A stretch of DNA of 63,834 bases, filler included, from Octopus bimaculoides (Eukaryota), in the NCBI RefSeq assembly GCF_001194135.2. It is 6 parts of 6 records of this genome, joined end to end, with 100 filler letters (N's around TTAATTAATTAA, not from the genome) between each part and the next. Parts side by side here need not be neighbours in the genome. Positions count along the whole stretch, not along the records: positions 1 to 27,844 come from NC_068986.1; 5 more parts are not named here. The stretch is one strand, 5' to 3'. Position numbers and translations under genes: made by a program. This document shows, in pieces, positions 12,825-25,927 of this stretch. The notes under the pieces were generated by a model. That model saw only the letters and a list, made by a program, of their open reading frames with translations. It searched no databases and was not told the DNA's origin. Every line of letters begins with the position of its first letter. The first letter of the stretch is position 1.

Positions 12825-12894
12825 GCCTGATGGAGAGAAGAAAGCTTACGTCAAACTAGTATCAGATTACGATGCTCTGGATATTGCAAACAAG
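12825..12894 (+). CDS. RPL23A: RPL23A exon 4
   Basis: TTTTATAG acceptor and GTTAGT donor. Encodes [23 protein letters not shown]. Confidence 0.98.
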
Positions 12895-14078
12895 GTTAGT
12901 ATTTTAATATTTTTATAACCTATGCAAGTATGGCTGTGGTACGTAGTTTGCTTCCAAGCCACATGGTGTCAGGTTCAGTCCCACTGTCAGGCACCTTGGG
13001 CAAGTGTCTTCTATAGCCTTGGGTCAACTAAAGCTCTGAGTGGATTTGGTAGACAAACTGAAAGAAACTTGTAAGTGTTAGTCTCCTTGCGGTGACTACA
13101 TATGATAGTTATAAACTTGTGTCACTTTCTTGGGGAAATATTACCCTACATGAAAAAAGGTGAGGATTGGTGACAGGAGTATCCAGCCGTAGACAATAGA
13201 TCCATTCAAATTCCATCTGACCCATGTGACAATAGAAAGGTGAATGTTAGAACAGTTATGGTGAATTATGCAATAGAGGTACATATCTTTTTATAAATAT
13301 TGTTTCTTAGAATTTCTCAGAGTACATTTGGAATATACTGTATATAAGGATGTCTGTAATGAAATGGGTTGTAAGTTTCTGCAGCCTTGTCAAGATACAC
13401 TAGAATATTATTCTAATCTTTGCTTTTACAGAGTATAAAGTAACCCCTCTTGGTGCTCGTACTGCATCCAATATACGCAGTAATGTGGTTGCAAATGATT
13501 AGAGGAAACATAACATCTTGATATCCCTTTCATCCGGTCTCATGGGCATGGCAATCTCTAGTTCTGCTGATTCAATAGAGTGCTTTCAGTACATTGTAAA
13601 GCAAATGTTAGTGGTGGGGTGGTATCCATTAATTCCAAGCAATGTGTTCCTCTGACCAGGGCCCTGGCTCCCATTAAGAATTTCTCTGAAAGTGTTAACC
13701 CATCTAACTTTTGCTGACATGGAATGTGGTGGTGCAGAGCTTCTATTGGCTTTCCCATACTTTTATTTTTTTATTTGTACTTGTGCTATCTACTTAGTGG
13801 AATTGTCAGACAAAATGTAAGTTACCTCTAATATCGAGCTATGGTGGGCTTGAATGATTTTGGTATTTAACCTTTTAGCATTCAAACTGGCCTCCACCAT
13901 CTACCCTATTAAGTCATTCTAAAAATAATTACCTCGTCAACATCTCAAAGCTACAAGAGAATGCATGATTAATTCAAAATCATGAATAATTAAGCGTTAC
14001 ATTTGAAAGTAATTTAAATTGGTTTCGGCTACTGTTTATATAACTATATTTTTTTTTTTGTTTTTTCTCTATTTTCAG

Positions 14079-14093
14079 ATCGGCATCATCTAA
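14079..14093 (+). CDS. RPL23A: RPL23A exon 5 (terminal coding part)
   Basis: Long polypyrimidine tract + CAG, then ATC GGC ATC ATC TAA (IGII*), the canonical L23a C-terminus. Confidence 0.97.
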   Translation: MGII

Positions 14094-14116
14094 ACAGTAC
14101 TGTATAGGTTTATACA

Positions 14117-14122
14117 AATAAA
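14117..14122 (+). terminator. RPL23A polyadenylation signal
   Basis: AATAAA 24 nt after the stop codon, followed by a T/GT-rich downstream tract. Confidence 0.8.
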
Positions 14123-17100
14123 CTATTGTGAATGTATTTCTAGTGTTCTTTTTTTATCATTTTTTGATTTCATTGTGTCCTGTCTCTAAGTAACGCTATT
14201 GATTTATGTTATAGTTATCAAAATACTACTTATAGTGTGCTTGAGTTGTAAACCAGTTTGTCTTAGGGTTTTGATAATTTCAATAACACCTGTAGTGTAT
14301 ATGAAGTAATGGCCATTTTTATATTTTAATGGTTGCATTAAAGAATTGAGATTGCATAGTTTCTGTGCAGGTGGCACATAAAAAACACCTTTTTGAGCGT
14401 GGCCGTTGCCAGTATTGTGTGACTGGCCCTCGTGCCAGTGGCACATAAAAGCACCCACTTAAACTCTCAGGGTGGTTGGCATTAGAAAGGGCATCCAGCT
14501 GAAGAAACTCAGCCAGATCAGATTGGAGCCTGGTGCAGCCTTCTGGCTTGCCAGTCCTCAATCAAATCGTCCAACCCATGCTAGCATGGAAAGCAGACGT
14601 TACACGATGATGACTAGTCTCTTGATATTTTTAACTGAATTTATAAGGTTTTAGATGTACTTTGTTGAAATGAACTTACATACATGGTCAGTTTGGCTGC
14701 AGCAAGTGAAGGAGCATTAATAAGAGGTCGTTGACATTTTTTGGAAGACAGTTCTTGTTGGTGCTAAATGATTTATACAGAAGGAAGAATCTTGTTTGAG
14801 AGTCCATTAGTGATAAAGACAACTTTTTTGTAGTTTTTGATAGCTTTAATCATATAACAAAACAAAATAAATATTTCCCGTCTTCTTTCTCAAATCATAA
14901 TGACACATGAACAATATTTTCAGTAGGGAAAGGGTTGTTGACAAGTGAAAAACTTATAGTATTCACACTAGTTTTGGTGGATAAAATAAAAACATTCTTT
15001 TGGTATTCTGGTAATAGTTTGTATTAAAAAAAATTTAATTTAGGTTAGACAGTTATATTTAGTCATATTGTTAAGTTGTAATAAGTCTAGTGTTGAATAA
15101 TGTTTCTGTTCCTCTCTGGTTTACATTCAAATTGTTCTAAACATTTACATTTCAACATTGAGCTACACAGTAGCAGCTATATTATTGTAATATTAAAAAT
15201 GGTAAATTGGTGGCATCTCTTTACATGTTATCACTTTAAAGCATGAGTAAATTGTAAATGAAAAGATTAAGTAAAATAGTAATTAATCCAACAAAAAGTG
15301 TTTTTTACCTTGAATAATTTAACTATTCCAACACAATCTGGTAGTTCTGGTTTAAATAGTGTTTCACTTAACATTCTAGAGGTTTTATTACATGCAAATT
15401 GTCTCTTTTTTTCTTTTTGTAAATCGATGCAATATTTTACGTTTACCTGTTTAAAACCAGTGACATAATGAAACATGCCATAACAATATTTGGTGATATG
15501 TTTCTTTATATACCTGACAAGATCAAATGATTGTGTAGTGAAATCAATTGATTTCTCAATTGAAATTTGAAACCAGGATGCTGGTTATATTACTCTGCTA
15601 AAACCAAAATGTCATTTGCAGAATATTATATATAGCAACCTATAATCCAGTTACTATGATAGCACACGGCTATACTGTAATTAGGTAACGATGTTTTGTT
15701 GTTGACTTATTGCTGTTATATGTCTTTGCTCTGAGTATTTAGCTAACTGATACTTATTCTAAAATCATGCTCAGTATCTTAGATATATTTTCTACTCTAA
15801 GCACAAGGCCCAAAATTTTGGGAAAGGAGCCAGTCGATTAGAGCGACCCCAGTACGCAGCTGGTACTTAATTTATCAACCCCAAAAGGATGAAAGGCAAA
15901 GTCGACCTCGGCGTAAATCATGTCTGAATAGTAAATACATTTATACTAATCTCTAAGAGTATAATAGGTTGGCTTAAATGTAATATACTTTAATGTTCCC
16001 TTTTAATTAATTTTATTCTCCTACATTTGAATAAGCTTTTCATAAAACATTTTCTGAAAATGCGTGGTTGCCTACTGTAAGAATGCAGTGTTTTTAGCTG
16101 CGCTATAAGACAATTTTCTCTAGACAACTAATGAGCAGCATGACTATTTTGTTTAGAATAAAATATATTGCATGTAATAGTTCCTCCATGAATGTGTCTT
16201 GACAGTTGCTCTTTAAAATGGACAATTATATAATAATTTTTCAGTTGTACCAAATATAATTTATCAAAACCCGAAAAAAATAAACATTGTGATGAAAAGT
16301 TAATACAAGATTCTATATCGAAAATTATAAAAAAATATCGTTAGACTTCAAGTGGAGTTGTGCAGATCTCTTTATTTTATAATTCCTCTGGTAAATTTTT
16401 GTTTCTTGAACAAACAAAACAGTAAAAAAAAAAAAACCATTTCTAAGGAAATAACTTCATTTTCAAACATTTTACTTTTCATTTTTAAGTGTTGGTTACT
16501 GTAAATCCATGCTTTAGGTATGATAAACTGTAGCATTTGAAACAAGATAAATTAATATGCTAATGATAACAGTGTATTGGATACCAGTTTTGACATATTA
16601 AATCTTAGATACGAAAGAAATTTACTGTTTTCTTAATCAAGTAAAAACTAGTGTCTATAATTGGGTTCTTAGAGCCACAGATATTTTTTTAAAAAGTAGT
16701 TATAGGCCTAAATAAAGATGTTTATGGAAACTCATCAGTTCATGTTTTTTATTGGATTTTTTTTGTAATTTTTGGGAGCAAATAAAATTACACTATAGAA
16801 ATAGCATATTTATATGAAGCTCAATTTCGTGATTGAATATTATTTACTAGCTCTAAAATAAGTTAGCTACCAAAGCACTTTGGTTGATATTTAGTTATTT
16901 TTGGAAAAATCCCTCAACTAATACAATTTTAATAGTTGGTTAGCTACTGAAGATATCCATGAAGAAAGGGCTGAGAGAATAAGGTGTTATCAACAAACAT
17001 TGAGACTATTAGCAGATCTTGTCAACATGGAATAAGAATGATTTTTTTTTATTTATAATTTTTGGTGTTAATTCCATTTTATTAATAATAAACAGAAAAC

Positions 17101-19358
17101 AAAATTTATCACATATTGAAACACCGGGAGGTATATTGACTCCAACCAGCTCTGTTAACCAAGGGAGTGAGTGGAGGGGATAATAGGATTCTGTTTGATC
17201 AACACGGCACTCTTCTTGTAAACCTTATAGTAAACATTTATTGATCTGTTGGAGTTGTGAATAATAGAAATATTTCAGATATTTAATTAAACACCGGGGT
17301 GGGGAGAATGGGTCGTTTGGGCTTTGTTTTTTTTGCTTCAAGTATAGTTGTTACAACCACTTGGTGCTTTGATATGATGGAGTATTTTGGAACATTATGC
17401 TGATTAAAATACTAGAACAAAACTAAACATAAATACACTAAAGTTTAAAAGAGACAATGACTTGAAAATAAATTCAATGCTTGGTGAACAGGAGATATAT
17501 TCATAAACTGTTCAACACTATCTTAGCGATAATTTAACTGTTTTATGTTTGTGATAAAAAAGACAAATCCTTTATAAAAACCTGAAAGCTATTATTACAA
17601 AGTGTTAAAAACTGGTGTGCCATTTTTGAAATTCTATATTAAAGCTTATATAAATATGATTGATTAATAACTTAAATGAATGATCTCTATGCAATATCTT
17701 ACTAGAAATGGGTAGATACAAAAATTATTGGTTATATTTCCTATAATGTCTCTATCGCCCTGTTCAAATAGGTACGACTTTCAGTGTAGTGACATATATA
17801 TATATACATATGTATATATATACATGATGGAACTGTCTGGCAAGGTTTTGATATTTAAAAAACAATAGCAATTGCAGAGTCTATGAGAATTGTTTATATA
17901 AAACAGTTTTAACTCTTTCCTTAGTCAATAGAAACTTTTTCATCCAAATTAATAAAAGAATTCTATCTGTTTTGGAAAGGTGCTAAATTTTATCAATTCA
18001 TTAGTTAAAAAAAAAAACACCCTTAAATAGTACACACCATTTCATAAATAGCTAAATAATGACTACCTAAATGGAAACGCCATCATTCAATTATAGACGC
18101 TATGGAAAACTACACTTGAAAGAACATAAATGAAGCAGGGAATGGGACTGATGTGGAACAGGAAAAAGCAGCACTGGAGAAACGTGTCTTAACATTAACA
18201 AAAGTAGTATCAGAGAGGATCTTGGATGGAAAACCTTATAGAACAAATAAGTTTTAACTAAAAAAAAAAAAAATTCTTTTACCTTCTCTAGCTCATATTT
18301 CAGGGTTTGTCAATCATTTCAATGACATTTTAAATAAAAACAAATATGAATTTTAATTCATATTAAAGACTGAATTACCAGTGCCTTAAATACTGGAATT
18401 TTACATTTAAAGATATATCTGCCAATATGCATTTGGCAGTAGAGCTGAAACAAGTCTATACCATGCTCTACTGTGTTAGCAGTGCTATTACATCACTTAT
18501 GGTTATTGAAATTATAACCGGCACATGTTTCTTAAATTAATGATTTCTTATAGAATAGCATGGTAGATAAAGAAAAAAAAAATTGAAGGAAAACAAATAT
18601 CTAATGTTTTCAAATTACAAAACAACTTTGGGTTTAAACATATAAGATAGTTCCATCCACTTTTTCCTATTCCAAATGTTTATTTGATCAATTTCACTAA
18701 ATCCAAATATATATATATAATAATTTAAAATTAACTTCAAGTAAGGTAATTATATCATACACTATGTAACTGCACGTGTAAAATGAATGCAAGTGCTGAA
18801 AGAACTTGTTGCAGGTAAAAATGATCAGAACTCAGCAAAGCAACTGAAACTTATATAGAATCCTACATCAAGCAGCAAGAGAGAGGAAGATAAATGGTTT
18901 TACCAGCAGTAACTTCACTATCTTATTGTAAGAACTCTATAAAAGTATGCTTGTCGGTGAATTTTCAGACTGTACTTCGAGACAAATTCAGTAATACTAA
19001 CACTATTCAAGTGAACACTAATACACCTAAACACAAATGTTGGTAAATAAAATAATTTTAAAAAACAGATGTAACCATTTGTGCTTATTAAAATATTTTT
19101 AAATAATTAAAAAGTGTTTAAAATTTTAAAAGTTTTAAAAACTTTACAAAATCTAAATTAAAATGGTAACTGTCGTAATCTTAAAATACTATTCGATGAA
19201 AATGAAGACACTTCTGGTTTTTCACTTGTCTCTGAAAGAATGGAGTGTATGTAATTAGGCAGACAATATAAGTATATACAAAATATTGAGGATAGGTGTA
19301 AGGCAGGAATGGAGAGGTGAAATAATGTGGCTAAAAGAAAAAGTGTTAGTGGAATTAG

Positions 19359-19619
19359 TTATCGAGTTAATTCAGACGACCTCCAGTTGTCAGAGGTTTT
19401 CCAGTCATCTCTGAGAGAGTGTTCAAACAAAGCTGCACGATTTTGGTTTTCTCCACGTTTTACCCAATGCCCATAGACTTTAAAAGCACACCCATCTATA
19501 ATTTTCCTGATAGTCTTCAGTTGGTAAGGATTTTTTAGTAGTGTTTCCACTGAGACATTTTGAGGATGTTGATAGAAGTACTGAAGTCGGAAGAAAAACC
19601 GAATACATATAATGCCAGC
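19359..19619 (-). CDS. PHKG: PHKG terminal coding exon (calmodulin-binding regulatory domain)
   Basis: CTTTGCAG acceptor. Encodes AGIICIRFFFRLQY...KNPYQLKTIRKIIDGCAFKVYGHWVKRGENQNRAALFE...*, matching the PHKG motif AFRIYGHWVKKG..QNRAALFE. Confidence 0.96.
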   Translation of the reverse strand, partial: AGIICIRFFFRLQYFYQHPQNVSVETLLKNPYQLKTIRKIIDGCAFKVYGHWVKRGENQNRAALFEHSLRDDWKTSDNWRSSELTR

Positions 19620-20036
19620 CTGCAAAGATATCAGAAAAATAAAAAGAACTTAGTTTCAATCAGAGTCGTGACAGAACAGTATGAAAGCCAATTTCAGCAA
19701 AGGAATGTTCTAAAAGTTGCCATATAATCTTTAACAATAAAATAGCTGAAGAGATACAATTTATTGACAAGGACTTTATTCTATCAACTGAATTACCTGC
19801 TCCTTAATTAAACATTAATTTGCTGAACATTCTACAGACATGTGTACCCTTACTTAATTTTCGAGCAGAATCAGTGTGACAAAGCAGTACCTTTTGAATT
19901 ACAGGCACTATCCACTTAATGGGCATCTATACAGTTTCCAGCTAAGTTCACTCACAAGGCAATATAAAATGATATTTGTCCATGATGCCGTAGGAACAAA
20001 CATGGGACTTGTTGGTTGCCAAACAAACATCTGAAG

Positions 20037-20268
20037 TAGTGGTTCTCAACCATTTTTTGCCTGTGAACCCCTGTGACTGCTATTCTACTCAGGTAAACCT
20101 TCATAGCTATTCAATGTTTAAAAAACCCCTATTATATTTTTATAATTAAATATTAGGAATAACATAAAAATTGTTTAAAATATTTTGTGCATTGTAGAAA
20201 TGTACCCAATCTATTGCACGTAAATTTTAACAACAAAATCTTATGTGGACACCAGTTGAGAACCACTG
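20037..20268. mobile_element. hAT MITE, related to 1803-2137, opposite orientation
   Basis: TIRs TAGTGGTTCTCAAC / GTTGAGAACCACTG; no clear TSD. Confidence 0.75.
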
Positions 20269-21446
20269 AAAACTATTCAGCCATACTGTGTATATACCTA
20301 TCTCATAATATTGTATGCAATTTAAAAGAAAAAATACAATACAATTACATATTAAGGTTCCAAAATTATATTCCTAGTCTTTTTGGCTGAAAAGAGGTAT
20401 AGGATTCATCATCATCATCGATTAATGTCTATCTTCCATTGGAAGGGTGGTTGACAGGAGCCAGCCAGGTAGAAAAACTACCCTAGGCTATTGTGACTGT
20501 TTTGGCATGGTATCTACAGTTGGATGCCCTTCCTGACAACAACCACTCTGCAGAGTGGACTCAGTGCTTTTTACATGGCACTAGCACAGACGAAGTTAGT
20601 TTTGGCATGATTTTACAGCCCTTCCAAATTCTTATTCATTGTTGATTAACCCTTTGGTCAATCTTGAACCAGTAGACATACAAAGAAAGGCATTCTAACC
20701 ATAACTATCTCATCTTTTTAGAGATAAGAAGAAAAACATCTGCTAAAGTATCCTTTCTTTAAGACAATAAGGTGTGAAGATTTGAGGGGGATTTAACTAG
20801 TAGGTTGAGTGACTATCTCACTATTGAGATGTCATTACAGGCTACTACTATAAAAACTTTTCAATACTACAGCAAACCTACACATGGGTGCTTTGGATGC
20901 CACAAATCAATGTCAAAAGGGAATCAACTCATGTAACAGTTCTGTTTCTTTGTGTTCTTGGAAACTCAAATTCATAACATTGACTTTTCTTATTATAAAT
21001 TGAATAATAAATGCAAAAACCCGTTAGCATTAAAACTGTCCATATCTGGCACAAATATTCTTTCTACCTGTTTTATGTTCAAACTGACCAGATACAACCT
21101 CTCACAGCTGTCCTACAATGTCATTCTAAAAGTAAACAATAACATCATCGAAATATCAAAGATACATGATAATACATGATAAATACCAAAGATACAAGAT
21201 AATGCATAATTAAAACTATGTGAATAAACAAGCATTATATGTGACATAGTAATGAAGGTACTAAATGGTTAAATCAATGGTAGTGAATATCAAAATATCA
21301 TTTAGGACATTATAAATGGGAATGCTTTTAGATTCATGTAAATGTATCCCTTCCTGTAGAAACCTGTGAAACTGCATAGTAAAGCCCCAACTAATTCCAG
21401 GCAGGATTTCATTTGTAAGTTTTAGGTTATATATGAGTTCACTTAC

Positions 21447-21491
21447 CCTAAACTTTTTAACAGCATTAAATAATTTCTTTTCTGTTCCGAG
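21447..21491 (-). CDS. PHKG: PHKG small exon (start of regulatory tail)
   Basis: TTTCCAG acceptor and GTAAGT donor; 45 nt, phase 0. Encodes LGTEKKLFNAVKKFR, aligning with the vertebrate ..RHFSPRGKFK segment as I recall it. Confidence 0.88.
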
Positions 21492-21809
21492 CTGGAAATT
21501 AACCAAAAACAGAGCAATTAAAACTCATTAAGTCACTAATAACTGAAATCAATTATAAGAAATCTTATCACTGAAACACATGAACTTTACGTTAAATAAT
21601 TCTTTTTCATACATGTATTGTTGTTGTTATTGCTTAACTTCAGACCAGTTCTGATCGAACAAATTTATAATAAAGGACATTCCAGTTATGACCATCTCAC
21701 TGACTGCGAAAGCAGTATTTATACTGAGAAGTGGCTGCGTAATAAATAGTGCCTTTCAATATATTGCAAGCTGAGGTAAACTACTAGAATGCCTAGCAGA
21801 TGAGTATGC

Positions 21810-21854
21810 ATCACTAAAGATGATCAAAACGAGATCGAAATCACATGATCTGGT
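21810..21854 (+). ncRNA. Degenerate type I hammerhead motif (copy A, antisense in PHKG intron)
   Basis: ATCA-CTAAAGAT-GATC-aaaacga-GATC-GAAA-TCACATGA-TC-TGGT. The core has G5>A relative to CUGANGA. Confidence 0.55.
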
Positions 21855-21865
21855 AGTCTCTCACC

Positions 21866-22253
21866 TTTTTGTTGTTGGCACTCCGTCGCTTACATCTAGG
21901 GTTCCAGTTGATCCGATCAACGGAACAGCCTGCTTGTGAAATTAACGTGCAAGTGGCTGAGCACTCCACAGACATGTGTACCCTTAACGTAATTCTCGGG
22001 GATATTCAGCGTGGCACAGTGTGACAAGGCTGACCCTTTTGAAATACAGGTACAACATAAACAGGAAGTAAGAGTGAGAGAAAGTTGTGGTGAAAGAGTA
22101 CAGCAGGGTTCGCCACCATCCCCTGAAGGAGCCTCGTGAAGCTTTAGGTGTTTTCGCTCAATAAACACTCACAACGCCCGGTCTGGGAATCGAAACCACG
22201 ATCCTATAACCACGAGTCCACCGCCCTAACCATTGGGCCATTGCGCCTCCACT
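21866..22253 (-). mobile_element. Full-length tRNA-derived SINE with TSD
   Basis: Minus-strand head GGAGGCGCAATGGCCCAATGGTTAGGGC...GGTTTCGATTCCC (A and B boxes). 10-bp TSD GTCTCTCACC at 21856-21865 and 22254-22263. Confidence 0.9.
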
Positions 22254-22531
22254 GTCTCTCACCACTTACAATATGTATCAAGTATGAAGCACACTGAATA
22301 ACCAACTGGAGGAGGCATCCTGCTGGGGTTAAAGTAGCAGTATCGTCTGTTCTTATAGAACACCCACATTTAGGTGGTGATAACCATTACTTCTCTGTAT
22401 AAATACTGCTTTCATCACTAATAGATATTAACAAGGTAGTTTGCTAGTTGCAAAACCAGTGGCTGTGTGACACTGTTTTCTATATATTGCGAGATAGGGG
22501 TAAACTACCATTATGTCTAGCAGACAGGTAT

Positions 22532-22564
22532 CCATCATGAAATTGAAACCACACGATCTGGTGG
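22532..22564 (+). ncRNA. Degenerate hammerhead remnant (copy B, stem II deleted)
   Basis: CCATCA-tgaa-att-GAAA-CCACACGA-TC-TGGTGG at the homologous position of the next repeat unit; helix I CCATCA/TGGTGG intact. Confidence 0.45.
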
Positions 22565-22854
22565 TCTCTGAGCTAGAATAGGAAGGAGTTCTCTCCTTGT
22601 TTGCAATTTATATCAAGTGCGAAACAGCTGGAGGAAGCGCCCTCCTGGGGTTAAAATAGCAGTATCATCTAAGTTAGAGACTGATTCTTTCTTCATTGAG
22701 GAATTTGAAAAAATTAGGTTATTCCTGATTGAATGTATTTTCACAGAATCAATAAATGTTTACATTAAATGCATATACATTTATAGATACTGTGAAAATA
22801 TATACATAGAAATTGTGCATAAATATATGCACACAAAAATAATGTATGTCTGTA

Positions 22855-22902
<48 letters not shown>

Positions 22903-23179
22903 CATCATCATTTAATGTCCGTTCTCTATGCTGACATGAATTAGACGGTTTGACTGGAGCTGATGAGCCGGAGAGCTGTCCCAGGTTCTAGTATGATTTG
23001 ACATGGTCTCTACAGCAGAATGCTCTTCCTAACACCAACCACTCCAAGAGTGTAAGAGGTGCTTTTTGTACCACCAGCACAGGTGCCATTTACATGGTAC
23101 CAGTAGCGTCCATGACTACAATTCACAGGTGCCATCTACATGGCACTGGCAATGACCATGATTCACGGGTGCCATTTAC

Positions 23180-23214
<35 letters not shown>

Positions 23215-23484
23215 AACACACAGGAACCACAAAATGCATCATTTTAACAACCACTTTGCCATGCTTGCATGGACTAGATAGAGTTTATTGAAGCATATTA
23301 TTCTACAGCTGAATGCCCTCCCTGTTGTCAATCCTCACCTGTTTCCATGCAAGGTAATATTTCCCCATGACCAGACATGTTCTCATAGAATATTGGAACT
23401 GAATGACACTGCTTATATAAGGAATTTGAAATCAAGGAGGCACAAACACACAGACATGTATATATACACATACACTTATATCTA

Positions 23485-23522
<38 letters not shown>

Positions 23523-24291
23523 CACTTATGTTTCAACCAGTGTTAGGGGTTCAAAGCAAAGGAGAAAAAGCAGCTGCTGCCGCCAACATTGACCTATAAT
23601 CATCACCCTTGCAAGATCTGCAGGCTTCTTTGCAAATCATTGGCAAGACTCNNNNNNNNNNNNNNNNNNNNNNNNNNNNNNNNNNNNNNNNNNNNNNNNN
23701 NNNNNNNNNNNNNNNNNNNNNNNNNNNNNNNNNNNNNNNNNNNNNNNNNNNNNNNNNNNNNNNNNNNNNNNNNNNNNNNNNNNNNNNNNNNNNNNNNNNN
23801 NNNNNNNNNNNNNNNNNNNNNNNNNNNNNNNNNNNNNNNNNNNNNNNNNNNNNNNNNNNNNNNNNNNNNNNNNNNNNNNNNNNNNNNNNNNNNNNNNNNN
23901 NNNNNNNNNNNNNNNNNNNNNNNNNNNNNNNNNNNNNNNNNNNNNNNNNNNNNNNNNNNNNNNNNNNNNNNNNNNNNNNNNNNNNNNNNNNNNNNNNNNN
24001 NNNNNNNNNNNNNNNNNNNNNNNNNNNNNNNNNNNNNNNNNNNNNNNNNNNNNNNNNNNNNNNNNNNNNNNNNNNNNNNNNNNNNNNNNNNNNNNNNNNN
24101 NNNNNNNNNNNNNNNNNNNNNNNNNNNNNNNNNNNNNNNNNNNNNNNNNNNNNNNNNNNNNNNNNNNNNNNNNNNNNNNNNNNNNNNNNNNNNNNNNNNN
24201 NNNNNNNNNNNNNNNNNNNNNNNNNNNNNNNNNNNNNNNNNNNNNNNNNNNNNNNNNNNNNNNNNNNNNNNNNNNNNNNNNNNNNNNNNNN

Positions 24292-24338
<47 letters not shown>

Positions 24339-24655
24339 CACACACACACACATATATGATGTATGTATGTATATATGTATACATGATGAGCTTCTTTCAG
24401 TTTATGCCAACCAAATCCACTCACAAGACTTTGACTTGCCCAGGGCTATAGAAGACATTTGCCAAATGTGCCATGCAGTAAAACTGAGAGAAGCAAACTT
24501 CTAACCATACAACCACGTCTTCAACCTAAATAGTTTTTCTATTATATACCTATTTCAAACTAGCATATTTTTACAGATGGACGCAAACCATTTTACCATT
24601 AATTTATATTACTGTATATTTAGGCGATTGTTATAAGAAATTAAGAAATACTTAC

Positions 24656-24736
24656 ATCACGATTTAAGAATGGATGTTGCAATGCTTCTTTGGCAGTGAG
24701 CCGTTTCTTTGGGTCGACAACCAACAATTTTGAAAT
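24656..24736 (-). CDS. PHKG: PHKG exon (kinase subdomain XI)
   Basis: CTTTCTTAG acceptor and GTAAGT donor; 81 nt, phase 0. Encodes ISKLLVVDPKKRLTAKEALQHPFLNRD. Confidence 0.96.
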
Positions 24737-25259
24737 CTAAGAAAGAAGTCAAAATACTTAACATGAATAATTGCACAAAGAAAAACACAAATAAATAAAA
24801 TGTAAGTTAGAAGACATTAAAAAACAAATAGCAAAGGCTAACACTTATATAATCAATATACAAGTAATAGCTACTTATGATATATCATAAATATAAAAGT
24901 ATTAGCTACGACAAATTTTTAAAATATTATAGACACTATCAGACTTTTCTTTCTGTTCAATATTTTTTGTTTTGTTTTTTGTTTTGTGTTGTTTTTAAGA
25001 AAACCATGTAATTACAGAAGTTAACAAGGGGTCTCTATGTGATTGCTTGACATGCTAGAAATAGCAGTCAAATCATTCATGAAAATTCCCAAATGCCTTA
25101 TATAAAGACTGGACACATTAAATAACACAGAATTACATATGCCTGGAAAAATAATGAGATGATCACAACTGGAATGCCTTTAATCTGATGTCTACTTAAC
25201 CAGAGTTGACCTGGGTCTAAACGACAACTGAAAGTATATCTATAACTGTGACAGTTTAA

Positions 25260-25480
25260 CCGTTCACTGCTGTAATTCTGTTGAAATACACTGTTTTTGA
25301 CTAAATTAATTTTCAAAACAATTAAGAAGTTAGTAAAATAACTTTGTCATAATTAATCTAGTGTTTGGATTATAAATTAGCATGAAATTTTGATGAAAGA
25401 TTATAATTTAGATCATTTTAAACAGGAAATTTGTATTAGAGAACCAGGTGTGGTCTCAGATAGGTTGGTATCAAAAAGGG
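25260..25480. mobile_element. piggyBac-type MITE (decayed left TIR) in PHKG intron
   Basis: TTAA-CCG... and ...GTATCAAAAAGGG-TTAA ends. Confidence 0.55.
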
Positions 25481-25927
25481 TTAAATATTTTTAACATCTT
25501 AACAATAGAAAACTTGCTATCTTAAGGAACCATTCATACATTCATTACCACACTACGACTGTAATGTTAAAGTAACGTTTCTAACTAGAAATTTTCTTCA
25601 GAATTCTTTACCATTCTCTTTTCTTTAATAGTGACTGTCAACCTGACTACAATATTAACAAATGCATCTTTCCAAAGCAATTTGTGTGTGTGTGAGAGAG
25701 AGAGAGTGAGAGAGAGAGAGACAGTGAGAGAGAGAGACAGTGAGAGAGAGAGAGACAGTGAGAGAGAGAGACAGTGAGAGAGAGACAGTGAGAGAGAGAC
25801 TAAGAGAGAGAGACTGAGAGAGAGAGAGTGTGTGTGTGTGTATGGATGTATGTGTACATACATATATATACATAAAAGATTCTTTGGAAATCATTAAAAA
25901 AAAATATCAAAGACAAGTCAAAATTAC

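Noticed and set aside
8082-14078. Orthologues of vertebrate RPL23A-hosted SNORD42/SNORD4
   Set aside because: I found no canonical RTGATGA...CTGA unit with a recognisable guide by eye.
22165-22253. tRNA genes (also ~28710-28797, 48635-48710, 58370-58440)
   Set aside because: The A/B boxes are SINE heads attached to SINE bodies; there is no complete cloverleaf acceptor stem.
25612-25642. Extra PHKG exon (AG...GT-bounded, LTVTIKEKRM)
   Set aside because: 31 nt would break the frame between two phase-0 exons that already join into a complete kinase subdomain.
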